Below are positions 1 to 8,576 of a stretch of DNA of 35,170 bases, in pieces. This stretch comes from Patescibacteria group bacterium (GTDB lineage: Bacteria > Patescibacteriota > Minisyncoccia > Phycocordibacterales > XYD1-FULL-46-19): assembly GCA_030917625.1 (NCBI GenBank), contig JAUPUJ010000001.1:1-35170 (forward strand), written 5' to 3'. The position numbers and the translations under genes were made by a program. How positions within the stretch are numbered: position 1 is the stretch's first letter; each line of letters opens with the position of its first letter. The notes under the pieces are model-generated. The model had not been told where the DNA came from, made no database searches, and saw only the letters and a list, made by a program, of their open reading frames with translations.

Positions 1-24
1 GTCAGCCTAGGCTGACGGGGTTTT
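1..24. terminator. GC-rich perfect palindrome at the window edge, possible intrinsic terminator
   Basis: GTCAGCCTAGGCTGAC (1-16) is a perfect 16-nt palindrome followed by GGGGTTTT. It lies just downstream of the stop of the minus-strand CDS 43-510. The flank is cut by the window edge, so orientation is unclear. Confidence 0.35.
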
Positions 25-42
25 AAATTCTTGACCGCAATC

Positions 43-510
43 TTATTTTTTTACAAATACCAACTCAGCACCACCAGAACCCGACAAAGTTAAATTATCA
101 CCCTCTAATATCACCATTGCTCCTTCGCCTAAAATCCGACCAAAAGTTGCTTCTATTTCCATTACTCCAGTTGGTGTCTCACAATACATTAAAGTGCCCA
201 TTAAATTTGCCGTCAATTTATTTTCTTCTAAAACATATTCGCCACCCATACCATTACAAAACTTAGCGCTAATAGTTTTGTTCTCGAAAGACAAAGGATA
301 TTCTTGGTCAGCATCAATATCAGCCCCATTATATTCAACTAGCTTAAAATTTAAACCATCTAAATTAAGAGTCTTTACTACTGGATCACCATCAACATCC
401 ACCCCAGGTAAATCATTATTTAACGACGACCCTTGTCCACCACTAAAATATAGAGCAAAACCAATAATTACCAGAAGCACTACTCCACCTAAAATATATT
501 TTTTATTCAT
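43..510 (-). CDS. membrane-anchored META-domain (HslJ-like) protein
   Basis: 155-aa ORF with an N-terminal TM/signal anchor (ILGGVVLLVIIGFALYF). The remainder resembles a META/HslJ domain (FKLVEYNG..., ISAKFCNGMGGEY...NKLT..MGTLMYC). TAA stop. Confidence 0.7.
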   Translation of the reverse strand: MNKKYILGGVVLLVIIGFALYFSGGQGSSLNNDLPGVDVDGDPVVKTLNLDGLNFKLVEYNGADIDADQEYPLSFENKTISAKFCNGMGGEYVLEENKLTANLMGTLMYCETPTGVMEIEATFGRILGEGAMVILEGDNLTLSGSGGAELVFVKK

Positions 511-561
511 AATAAAATATTATTTATTAAATTTTTTAATTAAAACTTTTGTCCTAATAAT

Positions 562-1227
562 CTAAATCGTCCAATTATCTTTAGCGATGGCTCGCAATTT
601 ATACTGTCCACCTATTTGATCAAAAATTAAATAAATAGTTGTCCAATCCATACCTTCATACTGTGGGTCTATTCCTGGATAGTGAAAAGCTACAAATTCT
701 CGTGGTGCCACATCTTCTATGATCGAATTTAGACTATTGCCCTGACCTAAAATTTTATTCACCCCTACTTGTGGCGCCTTTTCATAGTCATGAGTATAAA
801 TCCACTTATCTATAAACTGAGCAGTGGTCATATTTATCGGTTCTCCTTGCCCGTCGGTATAGCCAAATAAATAAGTCTCGGTATTTGTTTTTAATTCAGA
901 CACCTCATCTTTCTTAGCGTGGATAGTTCGCAAATCGAGACTCGGAGTTAAATTTAATGTCAGACCAGAAGGACTAGTAAGTTCTTCTAACCTCTGATAA
1001 TCACGAGTTCGCAAAGCACTTAAAACCAACTTAGCGGCGGTGATCATCTCGCGTTCTCCTATTGCTGGTGTTTCCACTTGTTCATCATTTTGAGTGGACA
1101 CTTGGCTTACCACTGGAAACGCATCCTTATCTTCTGAAATATCAGCCATTAAATTAGTGCTATAAAAATACCAACCAAGCCCGGCTACCAATAAAACCAA
1201 AATAATAATTAAATATTTTTTAGGCAT
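562..1227 (-). CDS. hypothetical membrane-anchored protein
   Basis: 221-aa ORF with an N-terminal hydrophobic anchor (YLIIILVLLVAGLGWYF). No motif recognised. Tightly packed in the minus-strand gene string. Confidence 0.7.
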   Translation of the reverse strand: MPKKYLIIILVLLVAGLGWYFYSTNLMADISEDKDAFPVVSQVSTQNDEQVETPAIGEREMITAAKLVLSALRTRDYQRLEELTSPSGLTLNLTPSLDLRTIHAKKDEVSELKTNTETYLFGYTDGQGEPINMTTAQFIDKWIYTHDYEKAPQVGVNKILGQGNSLNSIIEDVAPREFVAFHYPGIDPQYEGMDWTTIYLIFDQIGGQYKLRAIAKDNWTI

Positions 1228-1236
1228 TGCGATAAA

Positions 1237-2823
1237 TTAAAATTTTAATAATCTTAATAATTTTTTCGATCTTTGTTCCATATCAGCTACATACTCAGTA
1301 AAATTGGATATTTTATTAAAAACTCCTTCAGACAAAACATACAAAACCGAACTATCTATTTTTTCCACAAAGAACCGATCATGAGTAACCAAAATAACTG
1401 TGCCTTCAAATTTTTGGAGTGTTTTTTCTAAAGCTTCTTGGGCTTCCATATCTAAGTGATTGGTCGGTTCATCCAGAACCAAAGTATTAACATTGGTCGC
1501 TGAAAAAGACGCCAACAAAAGCCGGGCTCGCCCTCCAGGACTTAAGTGTCCAATTTTTGTTTTAAATTGTTCTTCGGTAAAACCAAAATGAATTAAATGA
1601 TTAGCTAAAATCTCTGGTTCTAAATCTACTTTGTTTTTAAGAAAACCTAAAACAGTATCATCTTTACCGAGCGTCTCATGTTCTTGCATTAAATTACCAA
1701 ATTTAACTCCACTGCCAATATTAATATTGCCAGAAATAGGAGCCAGGGTTCCAGTGACAGTTTTCAAAAAAGTTGATTTCCCTGAGCCATTTAAACCAAG
1801 TACCGCCACCCGAGACCCAAAAGGAATTTCCATATTAACTGGACCCAACCGAAAGCCGGTATCATAGCCACAAATTAGATCAGAAATAAAAATATCACTC
1901 GACGAGCCATTGTCTTCCGGCTTAATTTCAATCACAAAATCTTTTCGCTCATCTGGCTTATCAATCAGTTCAATCCTCTTGATCCGATTATTAATAATGC
2001 GTGAATCTTTAAATGAATTCCCGGCCCGATCTCGGCGAAACCCTCGAAGCATATGATCATTGTCAGTCCCTTGATATTTAGAACCCTTAATAGCTTTTTC
2101 TTGCTTGTCTCTAACTACCACTTTCAAGCGACCGATATCTTCTTTTTGTAATTCATGATCAAGTAACTGTCTTTTTCTTTCTTTTTGTTTCCGTAATAAA
2201 AAATCAGAATACTTACCATTAGAAACAGCGAGGGTTCTTTTTTTCCAATCTATTTCATAAATTTTATTGGCCACATGATCCAAAAAAGTTTGATCATGAG
2301 AGACCACCATAAAAGCTGATTTAGTATTTTGCAAAAAATATTCAAGCCAAATCAGAGCCGGCAAATCTAAATTATTGGTCGGTTCATCTAACAGCATGAG
2401 GTCAACCTTTTTAAGCAATAAACCAGTTAGAAACACTTTAGTTTTTTGACCACTACTTAAATCACCAATTTTTTTATCTTTTATCTCACTTGGGAGCGCG
2501 AGCCCAGCAAACATAATTTCAACATTGCGCTCAAAGAGTTCGCCACTCGCACCAGTATAGACTTGCAAAAACTCAAACACATTTTGCTTATTATAAGCAT
2601 CTGGGTCTTGAGGCAAAAAACCAACAGTTACATCTTTATTAAATTCTACCTTACCCTTATCTGCTTCCACTTCACCAGTAATGATTTTAAGTAAGGTTGT
2701 TTTCCCGGTACCATTAAAACCCACTAACGCCACCTTAAAGCCCTTTTCCACGATAAAAGAGATCTTCTGCAAGACCTGTTCGGTGCCGTAATCTTTATGA
2801 ATATTAGTGACTCTTAGAAGCAT
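1237..2823 (-). CDS. ABC-F family ATPase (two ABC cassettes, no TM domain)
   Basis: 528 aa. Two Walker A motifs (GFNGTGKTT, GLNGSGKST) and two ABC signatures (LSSGQKTKV, LSPGGRARL). A basic ~100-aa inter-domain linker (KQKERKRQLL...RGFRRDRAGNSFKDSR) is typical of ribosome-binding ABC-F proteins. Confidence 0.9.
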   Translation of the reverse strand: MLLRVTNIHKDYGTEQVLQKISFIVEKGFKVALVGFNGTGKTTLLKIITGEVEADKGKVEFNKDVTVGFLPQDPDAYNKQNVFEFLQVYTGASGELFERNVEIMFAGLALPSEIKDKKIGDLSSGQKTKVFLTGLLLKKVDLMLLDEPTNNLDLPALIWLEYFLQNTKSAFMVVSHDQTFLDHVANKIYEIDWKKRTLAVSNGKYSDFLLRKQKERKRQLLDHELQKEDIGRLKVVVRDKQEKAIKGSKYQGTDNDHMLRGFRRDRAGNSFKDSRIINNRIKRIELIDKPDERKDFVIEIKPEDNGSSSDIFISDLICGYDTGFRLGPVNMEIPFGSRVAVLGLNGSGKSTFLKTVTGTLAPISGNINIGSGVKFGNLMQEHETLGKDDTVLGFLKNKVDLEPEILANHLIHFGFTEEQFKTKIGHLSPGGRARLLLASFSATNVNTLVLDEPTNHLDMEAQEALEKTLQKFEGTVILVTHDRFFVEKIDSSVLYVLSEGVFNKISNFTEYVADMEQRSKKLLRLLKF

Positions 2824-2833
2824 AATCTTAAAT

Positions 2834-2866
2834 TTAGCTGTTACTACACATAGTAACAGACACCAT
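2834..2866 (-). promoter_or_regulatory. candidate 10-codon leader uORF spanning a 9-bp hairpin in the ABC-F 5' leader
   Basis: Minus strand reads ATG GTG TCT GTT ACT ATG TGT AGT AAC AGC TAA (MVSVTMCSNS). It ends 10 nt before the ABC-F ATG. Inside it, CTGTTACTA/TAGTAACAG (2838-2859) forms a perfect 9-bp stem with a 4-nt loop. Confidence 0.3.
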
Positions 2867-2877
2867 TTAGATTGCTA

Positions 2878-2887
2878 CCCCCCCCCC
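2878..2887. repeat. homopolymer C10 (G10 on the coding strand of the ABC-F leader)
   Basis: Ten consecutive C residues read directly. This is the only long G/C homopolymer I see in this AT-rich window. It lies 11 nt upstream of the uORF ATG and 55-64 nt upstream of the ABC-F start. Confidence 0.95.
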
Positions 2888-3009
2888 TCGCTCTTTACCT
2901 CTTTTACATTTTTATTTTTTCAGGAGGAATATTTAAATTAGAATAAGTTAGCAAAAAAATATGATAAACTTGAGCAAATTTGACTTGTGCCATATTGATA
3001 CATAATAAA

Positions 3010-3041
3010 TAAAAACGACCGAGGCGCACCTCGGTCGTTTT
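3010..3041 (-). terminator. intrinsic terminator downstream of CDS 3062-4066
   Basis: ACGACCGAGG-CGCA-CCTCGGTCGT is a 10-bp GC-rich stem flanked by A5 and T4 runs. On the minus strand the stem is followed by TTTTTATTTATT. Confidence 0.8.
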
Positions 3042-3061
3042 ACTATTGGAAAATTTTCTGC

Positions 3062-3300
3062 CTAATCCTCGTCTTCACTTTCATCTTCCTCATCTTCATC
3101 GTCTTCATCACCATCTTCATTTACATCATCTTCATCATCATCGTCATCGTCATCGTCATTATCTTTATTATCTTTATTATCTTCGTCTTCGTCATCTTCA
3201 TTATTATCTTCACTTTCTTCATCTTCATCTTCATCCTCGTCATCTTCCTCATTTTGATCATCTTCATCGTCTTCATTTACATCATCTTCAAATTCGATAA
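3062..3300. repeat. low-complexity GAT/GAA/GAC-type trinucleotide-rich tract (encodes the acidic tail)
   Basis: Plus strand reads tcatcttcatcgtcttcatcacc...catcgtcatcgtcatcgtcattatctttattatctttattatcttcgtcttcgtc. These are imperfect triplet repeats plus a short tatctttat tandem. Confidence 0.85.
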
Positions 3301-4066
3301 CAGACTCAATCTCTGATTCGTTTAAGCCAAGCAGTGTTGAAAGCTCTGCAATAATAGCTGAGTGGTCAGTGAGATTTAATATGAAGCGAGATTCATCACC
3401 CTTCTGCTCAACATCCACACGCGCTACCCCCTCCTCTATTTCAACCTCTATTCCCAACTCATTCTCATCTTCACTTTCATCTTCCTCATCGTCATCATTA
3501 CAAATGTTTCCCTGGCCACTTGAATCACACTTAACTTCAATCTTTACCTCTTGCTTGCCGTTCTTTACCTCCACCTCGATCTTAACCCGAGAACCGAGAA
3601 GATCATTAGGAATATCACCAGTAACACCCGCGGCCCACAGAATCTCATTAATTCTTGCGAGGGTCTGAGGACCAACAGTACCAATCTGATCCAACTTGAA
3701 CTTGGCTTGGAAACGTTTTACAGCATTCTCGGTAAGCGGACCGAAAAGACCAGTCACCAAACCTTCTGGATATACAGTCGGATCGGTAGCAAGTAGTTTC
3801 TGGAGCAAACGAACGTCCTCACCACTTGAGCCTACGCGGAGCCCTGCTTCGAGTCTTAGCTGACTTAACTCACTCTCAAGGTTAGTATTGGTATTTTCGA
3901 GAGTTTTAATTTGAGCTTGGAGTGCCTCTACCTGCTTTAAGAGTTCGGCAATCTGAGCTTCAAGAGTCACATTAGCAGATACAGTGGCTTGAGCACTCGC
4001 ACTCGGTGTTATTGCCACAGAAACAATTAAAAACAAAGTAAACAATAGTATGTATATATAACGCAT
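3062..4066 (-). CDS. secreted protein: coiled coil + peptidoglycan-binding (PG_binding_1-like) domain + extreme D/E-rich tail
   Basis: 334 aa. Signal peptide with an AxA site (...ITPSASAQA). Heptad-like segment (LEAQIAELLKQVEALQAQIKTLE). PG-binding-like segment (LLQKLLATDPTVYPEGLVTGLFGPLTENAVKRFQAKFKLDQIGTVGPQTLARI). The last ~80 aa are almost only D/E/N. Confidence 0.8.
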   Translation of the reverse strand: MRYIYILLFTLFLIVSVAITPSASAQATVSANVTLEAQIAELLKQVEALQAQIKTLENTNTNLESELSQLRLEAGLRVGSSGEDVRLLQKLLATDPTVYPEGLVTGLFGPLTENAVKRFQAKFKLDQIGTVGPQTLARINEILWAAGVTGDIPNDLLGSRVKIEVEVKNGKQEVKIEVKCDSSGQGNICNDDDEEDESEDENELGIEVEIEEGVARVDVEQKGDESRFILNLTDHSAIIAELSTLLGLNESEIESVIEFEDDVNEDDEDDQNEEDDEDEDEDEESEDNNEDDEDEDNKDNKDNDDDDDDDDEDDVNEDGDEDDEDEEDESEDED

Positions 4067-4206
4067 AATTAATATAAATAAAAATTAATACATATATAAT
4101 AACATCCCTAAACACAATTGAATATAAACAAAAATTTACTAACTACGAGACCTTGACTCTAATTTAAAATAACAGACCAAAAACCCTTATTTTCATATTT
4201 TTAAAA

Positions 4207-4797
4207 TTAAATTGTTGCCCCCTCTCCCAAACCCATTTGTTCTTTATATTGCTCAATCACTTGTGGATGCTTACCTTCTTTACACTCAGCCACAAAAGCC
4301 TCAGCTGAAGCTCCGTCGGGGAAACTCATATAAGCTAGGGCTGATTCACACACTACATCAATATTAAGTTTACCATTTGCAGAATCTGGTTCGATTGTAT
4401 TTGTAATCGTAAATATGCCCTTCATATTGTATTTAGCCCACTGACCTGAACTTAAAGCTTCTTTAATTACCAGAAAGCCTTCAGCTGTAATATTCTGACC
4501 AGCTTGAAATTGGGCCATCGCCTCGACTGAGGCTCCAAAATCTACAGCATAGTAATCACCATCTGTCGTTTGCAGACCAAAAGCACATTCTTCAGTTTGG
4601 GGTCCAGTTGTATCAAGGTGAGGTAAACATACATAAGTACCAGATAGCGTAACGTTTTGAGGCGTCGCATCAAGGGGTGGCGCCACCACATCCTTATTTA
4701 AACGCATAGCAATATAGCCCACTAGAATAATAGCGATAATAATTATAGGCACAATAATTTTTTTATTTTGATAGTTCATAAGTAAATTATACATCAA
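4207..4797 (-). CDS. hypothetical membrane-anchored exported protein
   Basis: 196-aa ORF with a TM anchor (IIVPIIIIAIILVGYIAM). The true start may be the internal Met at about 4779 (MNYQNKK). No recognised domain. Confidence 0.65.
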   Translation of the reverse strand: MMYNLLMNYQNKKIIVPIIIIAIILVGYIAMRLNKDVVAPPLDATPQNVTLSGTYVCLPHLDTTGPQTEECAFGLQTTDGDYYAVDFGASVEAMAQFQAGQNITAEGFLVIKEALSSGQWAKYNMKGIFTITNTIEPDSANGKLNIDVVCESALAYMSFPDGASAEAFVAECKEGKHPQVIEQYKEQMGLGEGATI

Positions 4798-4825
4798 TAA
4801 ATCATCCTTTTAAACAACTATTAGC

Positions 4826-5332
4826 TTATTCAATATCTCCTTGATAAACCTTCATCTGCTCAGCTCTTGGTGGTATTTTGCGCTCCTTTCGCATTTCATC
4901 AGTAACACCAGATTCTTCATCCGAAAGCATAGGTGCTTGCTCTGTGCCGTATAAAAATTGTGTCCCCCACTTTTGCTTCTCACCTTTTGATAAAAGCCAC
5001 CTATCTTCAGCGGCAGCGGCAATCCATTTTCCCTCTTCGCCAGCCGATTCTCCTAATTCGTGAGCTTTCCAATAATCTTCTGTGTCCCGACTATGTTGGA
5101 ATAGAAATGCAAGCTGTACCAATTCGCCGTTAGTCAAAGATAACGAACCAGACTTATATTGTTCATATATTTCTCCAGCTCGTTGTAGACGATGTGAATC
5201 ATTTTCTACCATCTTCTGCATAAGTTCTTGATTATCTAAATCCTCATGTAGAGCCATTCGATCTGCTTGATCTGCGTCGAAAAGATTCTTGAGTTCAGAA
5301 GATATAGGATTTAGACTAGGAATTTTTTCCAT
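4826..5332 (-). CDS. hypothetical cytoplasmic protein
   Basis: 168-aa ORF with no TM segment and a helical, charged composition. The motifs DQADR...FQHS...DRWLLSKGEKQKWGTQF are not confidently assignable from memory. Confidence 0.65.
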   Translation of the reverse strand: MEKIPSLNPISSELKNLFDADQADRMALHEDLDNQELMQKMVENDSHRLQRAGEIYEQYKSGSLSLTNGELVQLAFLFQHSRDTEDYWKAHELGESAGEEGKWIAAAAEDRWLLSKGEKQKWGTQFLYGTEQAPMLSDEESGVTDEMRKERKIPPRAEQMKVYQGDIE

Positions 5333-5410
5333 ATAGTAATTATATAATTTTTGGTAAATCTACTAAATACCATATTTTAAGTAATTAAGATCTAGCAGAT
5401 AAATATAGAC

Positions 5411-5740
5411 TTATTCTTTATCTTCCACTTCAATTAAGTATTTTTGTACAGACTTAGATACTGTCTTTTCTTTTATATTTCTATCTATACAATATGCGGT
5501 TTCAAACCAATCTCTTATTTTCTTATTGCCACGACTTGAATTACAAGCCCAACAACAAATCGTAACAGTTGCTGGGTTGTTCCATGGCGGCATATAATTT
5601 AAGTGTTCTATAGTAAACCAATCAACTCGCTCATTATTAACCTCGTGACTTTTCATTTCTTTTTTACAATAAACACAGACTTTATCTCTATCAAAAATCT
5701 TTTGTAATTCAATTTTAGGCAAACCGTAATTATTTTTCAT
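5411..5740 (-). CDS. small HNH-type endonuclease-like protein
   Basis: 109 aa. Cys pairs CVYCK...CCWACN flank EH(L)N...N, giving an HNH / zinc-finger layout (CxxC...H...N...CxxC). It starts 41 nt downstream of tRNA-Gln. Confidence 0.6.
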   Translation of the reverse strand: MKNNYGLPKIELQKIFDRDKVCVYCKKEMKSHEVNNERVDWFTIEHLNYMPPWNNPATVTICCWACNSSRGNKKIRDWFETAYCIDRNIKEKTVSKSVQKYLIEVEDKE

Positions 5741-5781
5741 ATTTACTATTTTGCAAAGTATCTCATACTAATTCAACCTAG

Positions 5782-5852
5782 CTGCCGGACCTGGACTCGA
5801 ACCAAGATTAACTGGACCAGAACCAGTCGTCCTACCATTAGACGATCCGGCA
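5782..5852 (-). tRNA. tRNA-Gln(CUG)
   Basis: Minus strand: TGCCGGA-TC-GTCT-AATGGTA-GGAC-G-ACTGG-TTCTGGT-CCAGT-TAAT-CTTGG-TTCGAGT-CCAGG-TCCGGCA-G. Canonical cloverleaf. U1-A72 and discriminator G fit Gln. CCA is not encoded. Confidence 0.9.
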
Positions 5853-5965
5853 AATAAACACTATCTCAAGTAAAGTAATAGCAAAAAATAAGAGACTTTA
5901 CAATCGAAGCGAAATAAAAACAATTTTTAAAAATTTGTTTTACGGAGCGACGACCTACACCCTAA

Positions 5966-7621
5966 TTACTTTCTCTCATCACCCCGTTTTTTAGAAGCTG
6001 AAATAAAAGCTGTAAATAGAGGATGAGGATTAAAAGGGCGAGCTAGAAACTCAGGGTGAAATTGAGTCCCTAAAAAGAAAGGATGCTCTGCTTTAGGTAA
6101 TTCCGCTATTTCCATTAATTTCCCATTTGGTGAAGTTCCAGAAAAAACTAAGCCTGCTTTTTCTAACCTCTCTACAAACTCTGGATTAACTTCATAACGA
6201 TGACGATGACGCTCAGAAATTTCATCCTGGCCATACACACTGTGAGCTAAGGTTCCTGGTTTTAATTTTGCCGGGTAAGCACCGAGGCGCATGGTCCCGC
6301 CAAACTTTTTATTAACTAAATTATCTTTCTGATCAGACATAATATCGATCACTAAATTTTTAGACTCGGGATTAATCTCTCGTGAGGATGCTCCAGCGAG
6401 CTTCGCCACATGACGAGCAAACTCGATCACCAGGAGTTGCATACCATAACACAATCCAAAATATGGAATTTTATTTTCTCGTAAATATTTAATGGCTTTA
6501 ATTTTACCCTCAATGCCAGTTGTCCCAAAACCACCCGGAATTAAAACGCCATCAAACTGAGCCAAATCGGCCACTTTATATTTTCCTGTTTCAATGTCAC
6601 CAGAATTAATATACGACAACACCGGCTTCACCCCCAATTTAAAAGCCGACAGCTTAAGAGCCTCTAGGACCGAGATATAAACATCAGACAAGACAAACTC
6701 CCCCGAATTAAAATACTTGCCTACAATCGCAATATTGACCGGATCAGACACGGTTTTAGCCTTTTTTGATAGATCTTTCCATACAGAGAGGTCGGTTTTT
6801 CTATGATTACCCAGCTTTAAGATTTCACCTAAAATCTCGCCGATTTTATCGCGTTCAAAATTGATCGGCACATCATAAATACTCTCAACATCAGGAGCTG
6901 AAATTACATGTTCTCTTTTGATATTACAAAAAGTAGCAATCTTGTCTTTTCTTTTATTATCTAACGGCACTTCACTCCGAGCGATAATAATATCAGCTTG
7001 CACGCCGACACCATTTAAAGTCCGAGCGGCATATTGAGTCGGCTTAGTTTTCATCTCCCCCACTTTAGAAGGAATAGGTAGATAAGACACCATCACAAAA
7101 GCCACATCATCCGGATATTTAGTTTTCATCATTCGTCCGGCTTCGAGGAAAATAACATTTTGATACTCGCCAATTGTGCCACCCACTTCTACCACCACAA
7201 TATCAGCTTCAGCTGTTTTCCCGGCTTTTTCAATACGACGAATTACTTCTTTGGGAATATCTGGTACCACTTCCACATTTTTACCAGCGTATTCTAAATT
7301 TCTTTCTTTATTTATAACTTCCAAATAAACTCGGCCAGTCGTCATGTAGTTGAGTCGAGACAAACTCGTATCTAAAAATCTTTCATAATTACCCATGTCT
7401 TGATCACATTCATCTCCATCATCCAAAACAAAAACCTCACCGTGTTCGGTGGGGTTCATAGTACCAGCGTCGATATTAATATATGGGTCAATTTTAATCG
7501 CAGTAACTGAAAACCCACGAGCCGTCATAACAGCTCCAATAGAAGATGAGGCTACGCCTTTACCCACACCAGACATAACTCCGCCCACGACAAATATGTA
7601 TTTTGTCCTCTTTTTTTTCAT
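5966..7621 (-). CDS. pyrG: CTP synthase
   Basis: 551 aa. N-terminal synthetase domain (KYIFVVGGVMSGVGKG) and C-terminal class I glutamine amidotransferase (GLCYGMQ, HRHRYEVN). Full-length match to the PyrG architecture. Confidence 0.97.
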   Translation of the reverse strand: MKKKRTKYIFVVGGVMSGVGKGVASSSIGAVMTARGFSVTAIKIDPYINIDAGTMNPTEHGEVFVLDDGDECDQDMGNYERFLDTSLSRLNYMTTGRVYLEVINKERNLEYAGKNVEVVPDIPKEVIRRIEKAGKTAEADIVVVEVGGTIGEYQNVIFLEAGRMMKTKYPDDVAFVMVSYLPIPSKVGEMKTKPTQYAARTLNGVGVQADIIIARSEVPLDNKRKDKIATFCNIKREHVISAPDVESIYDVPINFERDKIGEILGEILKLGNHRKTDLSVWKDLSKKAKTVSDPVNIAIVGKYFNSGEFVLSDVYISVLEALKLSAFKLGVKPVLSYINSGDIETGKYKVADLAQFDGVLIPGGFGTTGIEGKIKAIKYLRENKIPYFGLCYGMQLLVIEFARHVAKLAGASSREINPESKNLVIDIMSDQKDNLVNKKFGGTMRLGAYPAKLKPGTLAHSVYGQDEISERHRHRYEVNPEFVERLEKAGLVFSGTSPNGKLMEIAELPKAEHPFFLGTQFHPEFLARPFNPHPLFTAFISASKKRGDERK

Positions 7622-7643
7622 CAGATTTAAATTTAATAACTAA

Positions 7644-8561
7644 CTAGACTTTCAGATATCTGCCGATAGCAAGCATGCTCGATACTGTCCCCAATATAAT
7701 ACCAGAGCCAAGTAAGATCACAAAAAGAAGTGGGAAATGCGAAACATAATAAGATACTAGGTCAATACCACCATACACTCCGGCGGTTGTACTGCGGACC
7801 CAGATGACAGTTGGATAAAGTAAAAACATCGCAATAAAAGACGCAATGGCTCCAGCCAGTATGCCTTCAACAATAAACGGTCCCCGGATATAAGGGTTAT
7901 CAGCTCCTACCAGGCGCATGACAGAGATTTCTTCTCTAGCACTATAGATAGTGAGCGAAATAGTGTTGAAAGTCACCAGAACTGACATTAGACCCAAAAG
8001 CACACTCAGTACTAAACTAATAGTCTGACTAGTACTAATAATGGCTAATAGCTTTTCCACAATATCTTTTTTGAAACTAATTTGATCAATCACTCCAGTT
8101 GTATCTCCTGCCCCGGATTTTTCATTATAAGTATTTAAGAAAGTGGCGACGGTATTATATTTAGTCGGATCATTGGCTAAAATCGCCAGTCTAGCTCCAA
8201 AAGGATTACCAACTTCATCTACAGATTGAATCAAAAGAATATTATCAACATGACGCTCCCTAAAAGCTGCGAGCTCATCTTCCTTTGAGGTATAGGTTAC
8301 GGATTTAACCTCTGGCAAAGCTTCCAACTCTTTTTGTAAAGACAAAACAACGTCTTCTGATACTTCTGGCTTTAATGTCACACTAATGTCCACTCGCTCT
8401 CTAATGCTGGTTAGAGTCGAATTTAAAAAAGCATTACCTAAAACTAAAGACCCGATTACAAATAATGTAATTGTCAGCACAAATATAGAAGCAATAGCGA
8501 CCGCACTATTACGCCAAAAATTTGTCATCCCCGCTTTTGCTACTCTTTTGATTTTAATCAT
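7644..8561 (-). CDS. ftsX: cell-division ABC transporter permease-like protein FtsX
   Basis: 305 aa. TM1, a large extracytoplasmic loop, then 3 C-terminal TM helices. Immediately downstream of ftsE. Confidence 0.85.
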   Translation of the reverse strand: MIKIKRVAKAGMTNFWRNSAVAIASIFVLTITLFVIGSLVLGNAFLNSTLTSIRERVDISVTLKPEVSEDVVLSLQKELEALPEVKSVTYTSKEDELAAFRERHVDNILLIQSVDEVGNPFGARLAILANDPTKYNTVATFLNTYNEKSGAGDTTGVIDQISFKKDIVEKLLAIISTSQTISLVLSVLLGLMSVLVTFNTISLTIYSAREEISVMRLVGADNPYIRGPFIVEGILAGAIASFIAMFLLYPTVIWVRSTTAGVYGGIDLVSYYVSHFPLLFVILLGSGIILGTVSSMLAIGRYLKV

Positions 8562-8576
8562 AATATTTTACAAAAA

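Noticed and set aside
194-565. 123-aa plus-strand ORF overlapping CDS 43-510
   Set aside because: It lies fully antisense to a better ORF that has a recognisable META domain and signal anchor. Its composition is low-complexity. The same reasoning applies to the other short antisense track ORFs: 1631-1867, 3369-3796, 4878-5133, 7449-7643, 8386-8580, 16318-16765, 18751-18990, 19280-19471, 21024-21230, 22662-22883, 24118-24324, 26692-26910, 28435-28644, 28788-29074, 29570-29800, 32087-32311 and 33262-33591.
2936-3000. Plus-strand AGGAGG (about 2924) and a 14-codon ATG ORF (MINLSKFDLCHIDT) in the 2824-3061 intergenic region
   Set aside because: No start codon lies at a usable distance from the AGGAGG. 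The 14-codon ORF has no RBS and points against the flow of both neighbouring genes.
3046-3300. 84-aa His/Leu/Arg-rich plus-strand ORF (HLHHLHHHRHRHRH...)
   Set aside because: It is the exact antisense of the D/E-coding triplet-repeat tail of CDS 3062-4066. The open frame is a by-product of the repeat, and it has no start context or RBS.
5853-5965. AT-only near-palindrome (aaaaacaatttttaaaaatttgtttt) downstream of pyrG as a terminator
   Set aside because: The stem would be entirely A-U and imperfect, which is too weak to call. It may simply be AT-rich spacer or tRNA-Gln promoter DNA.
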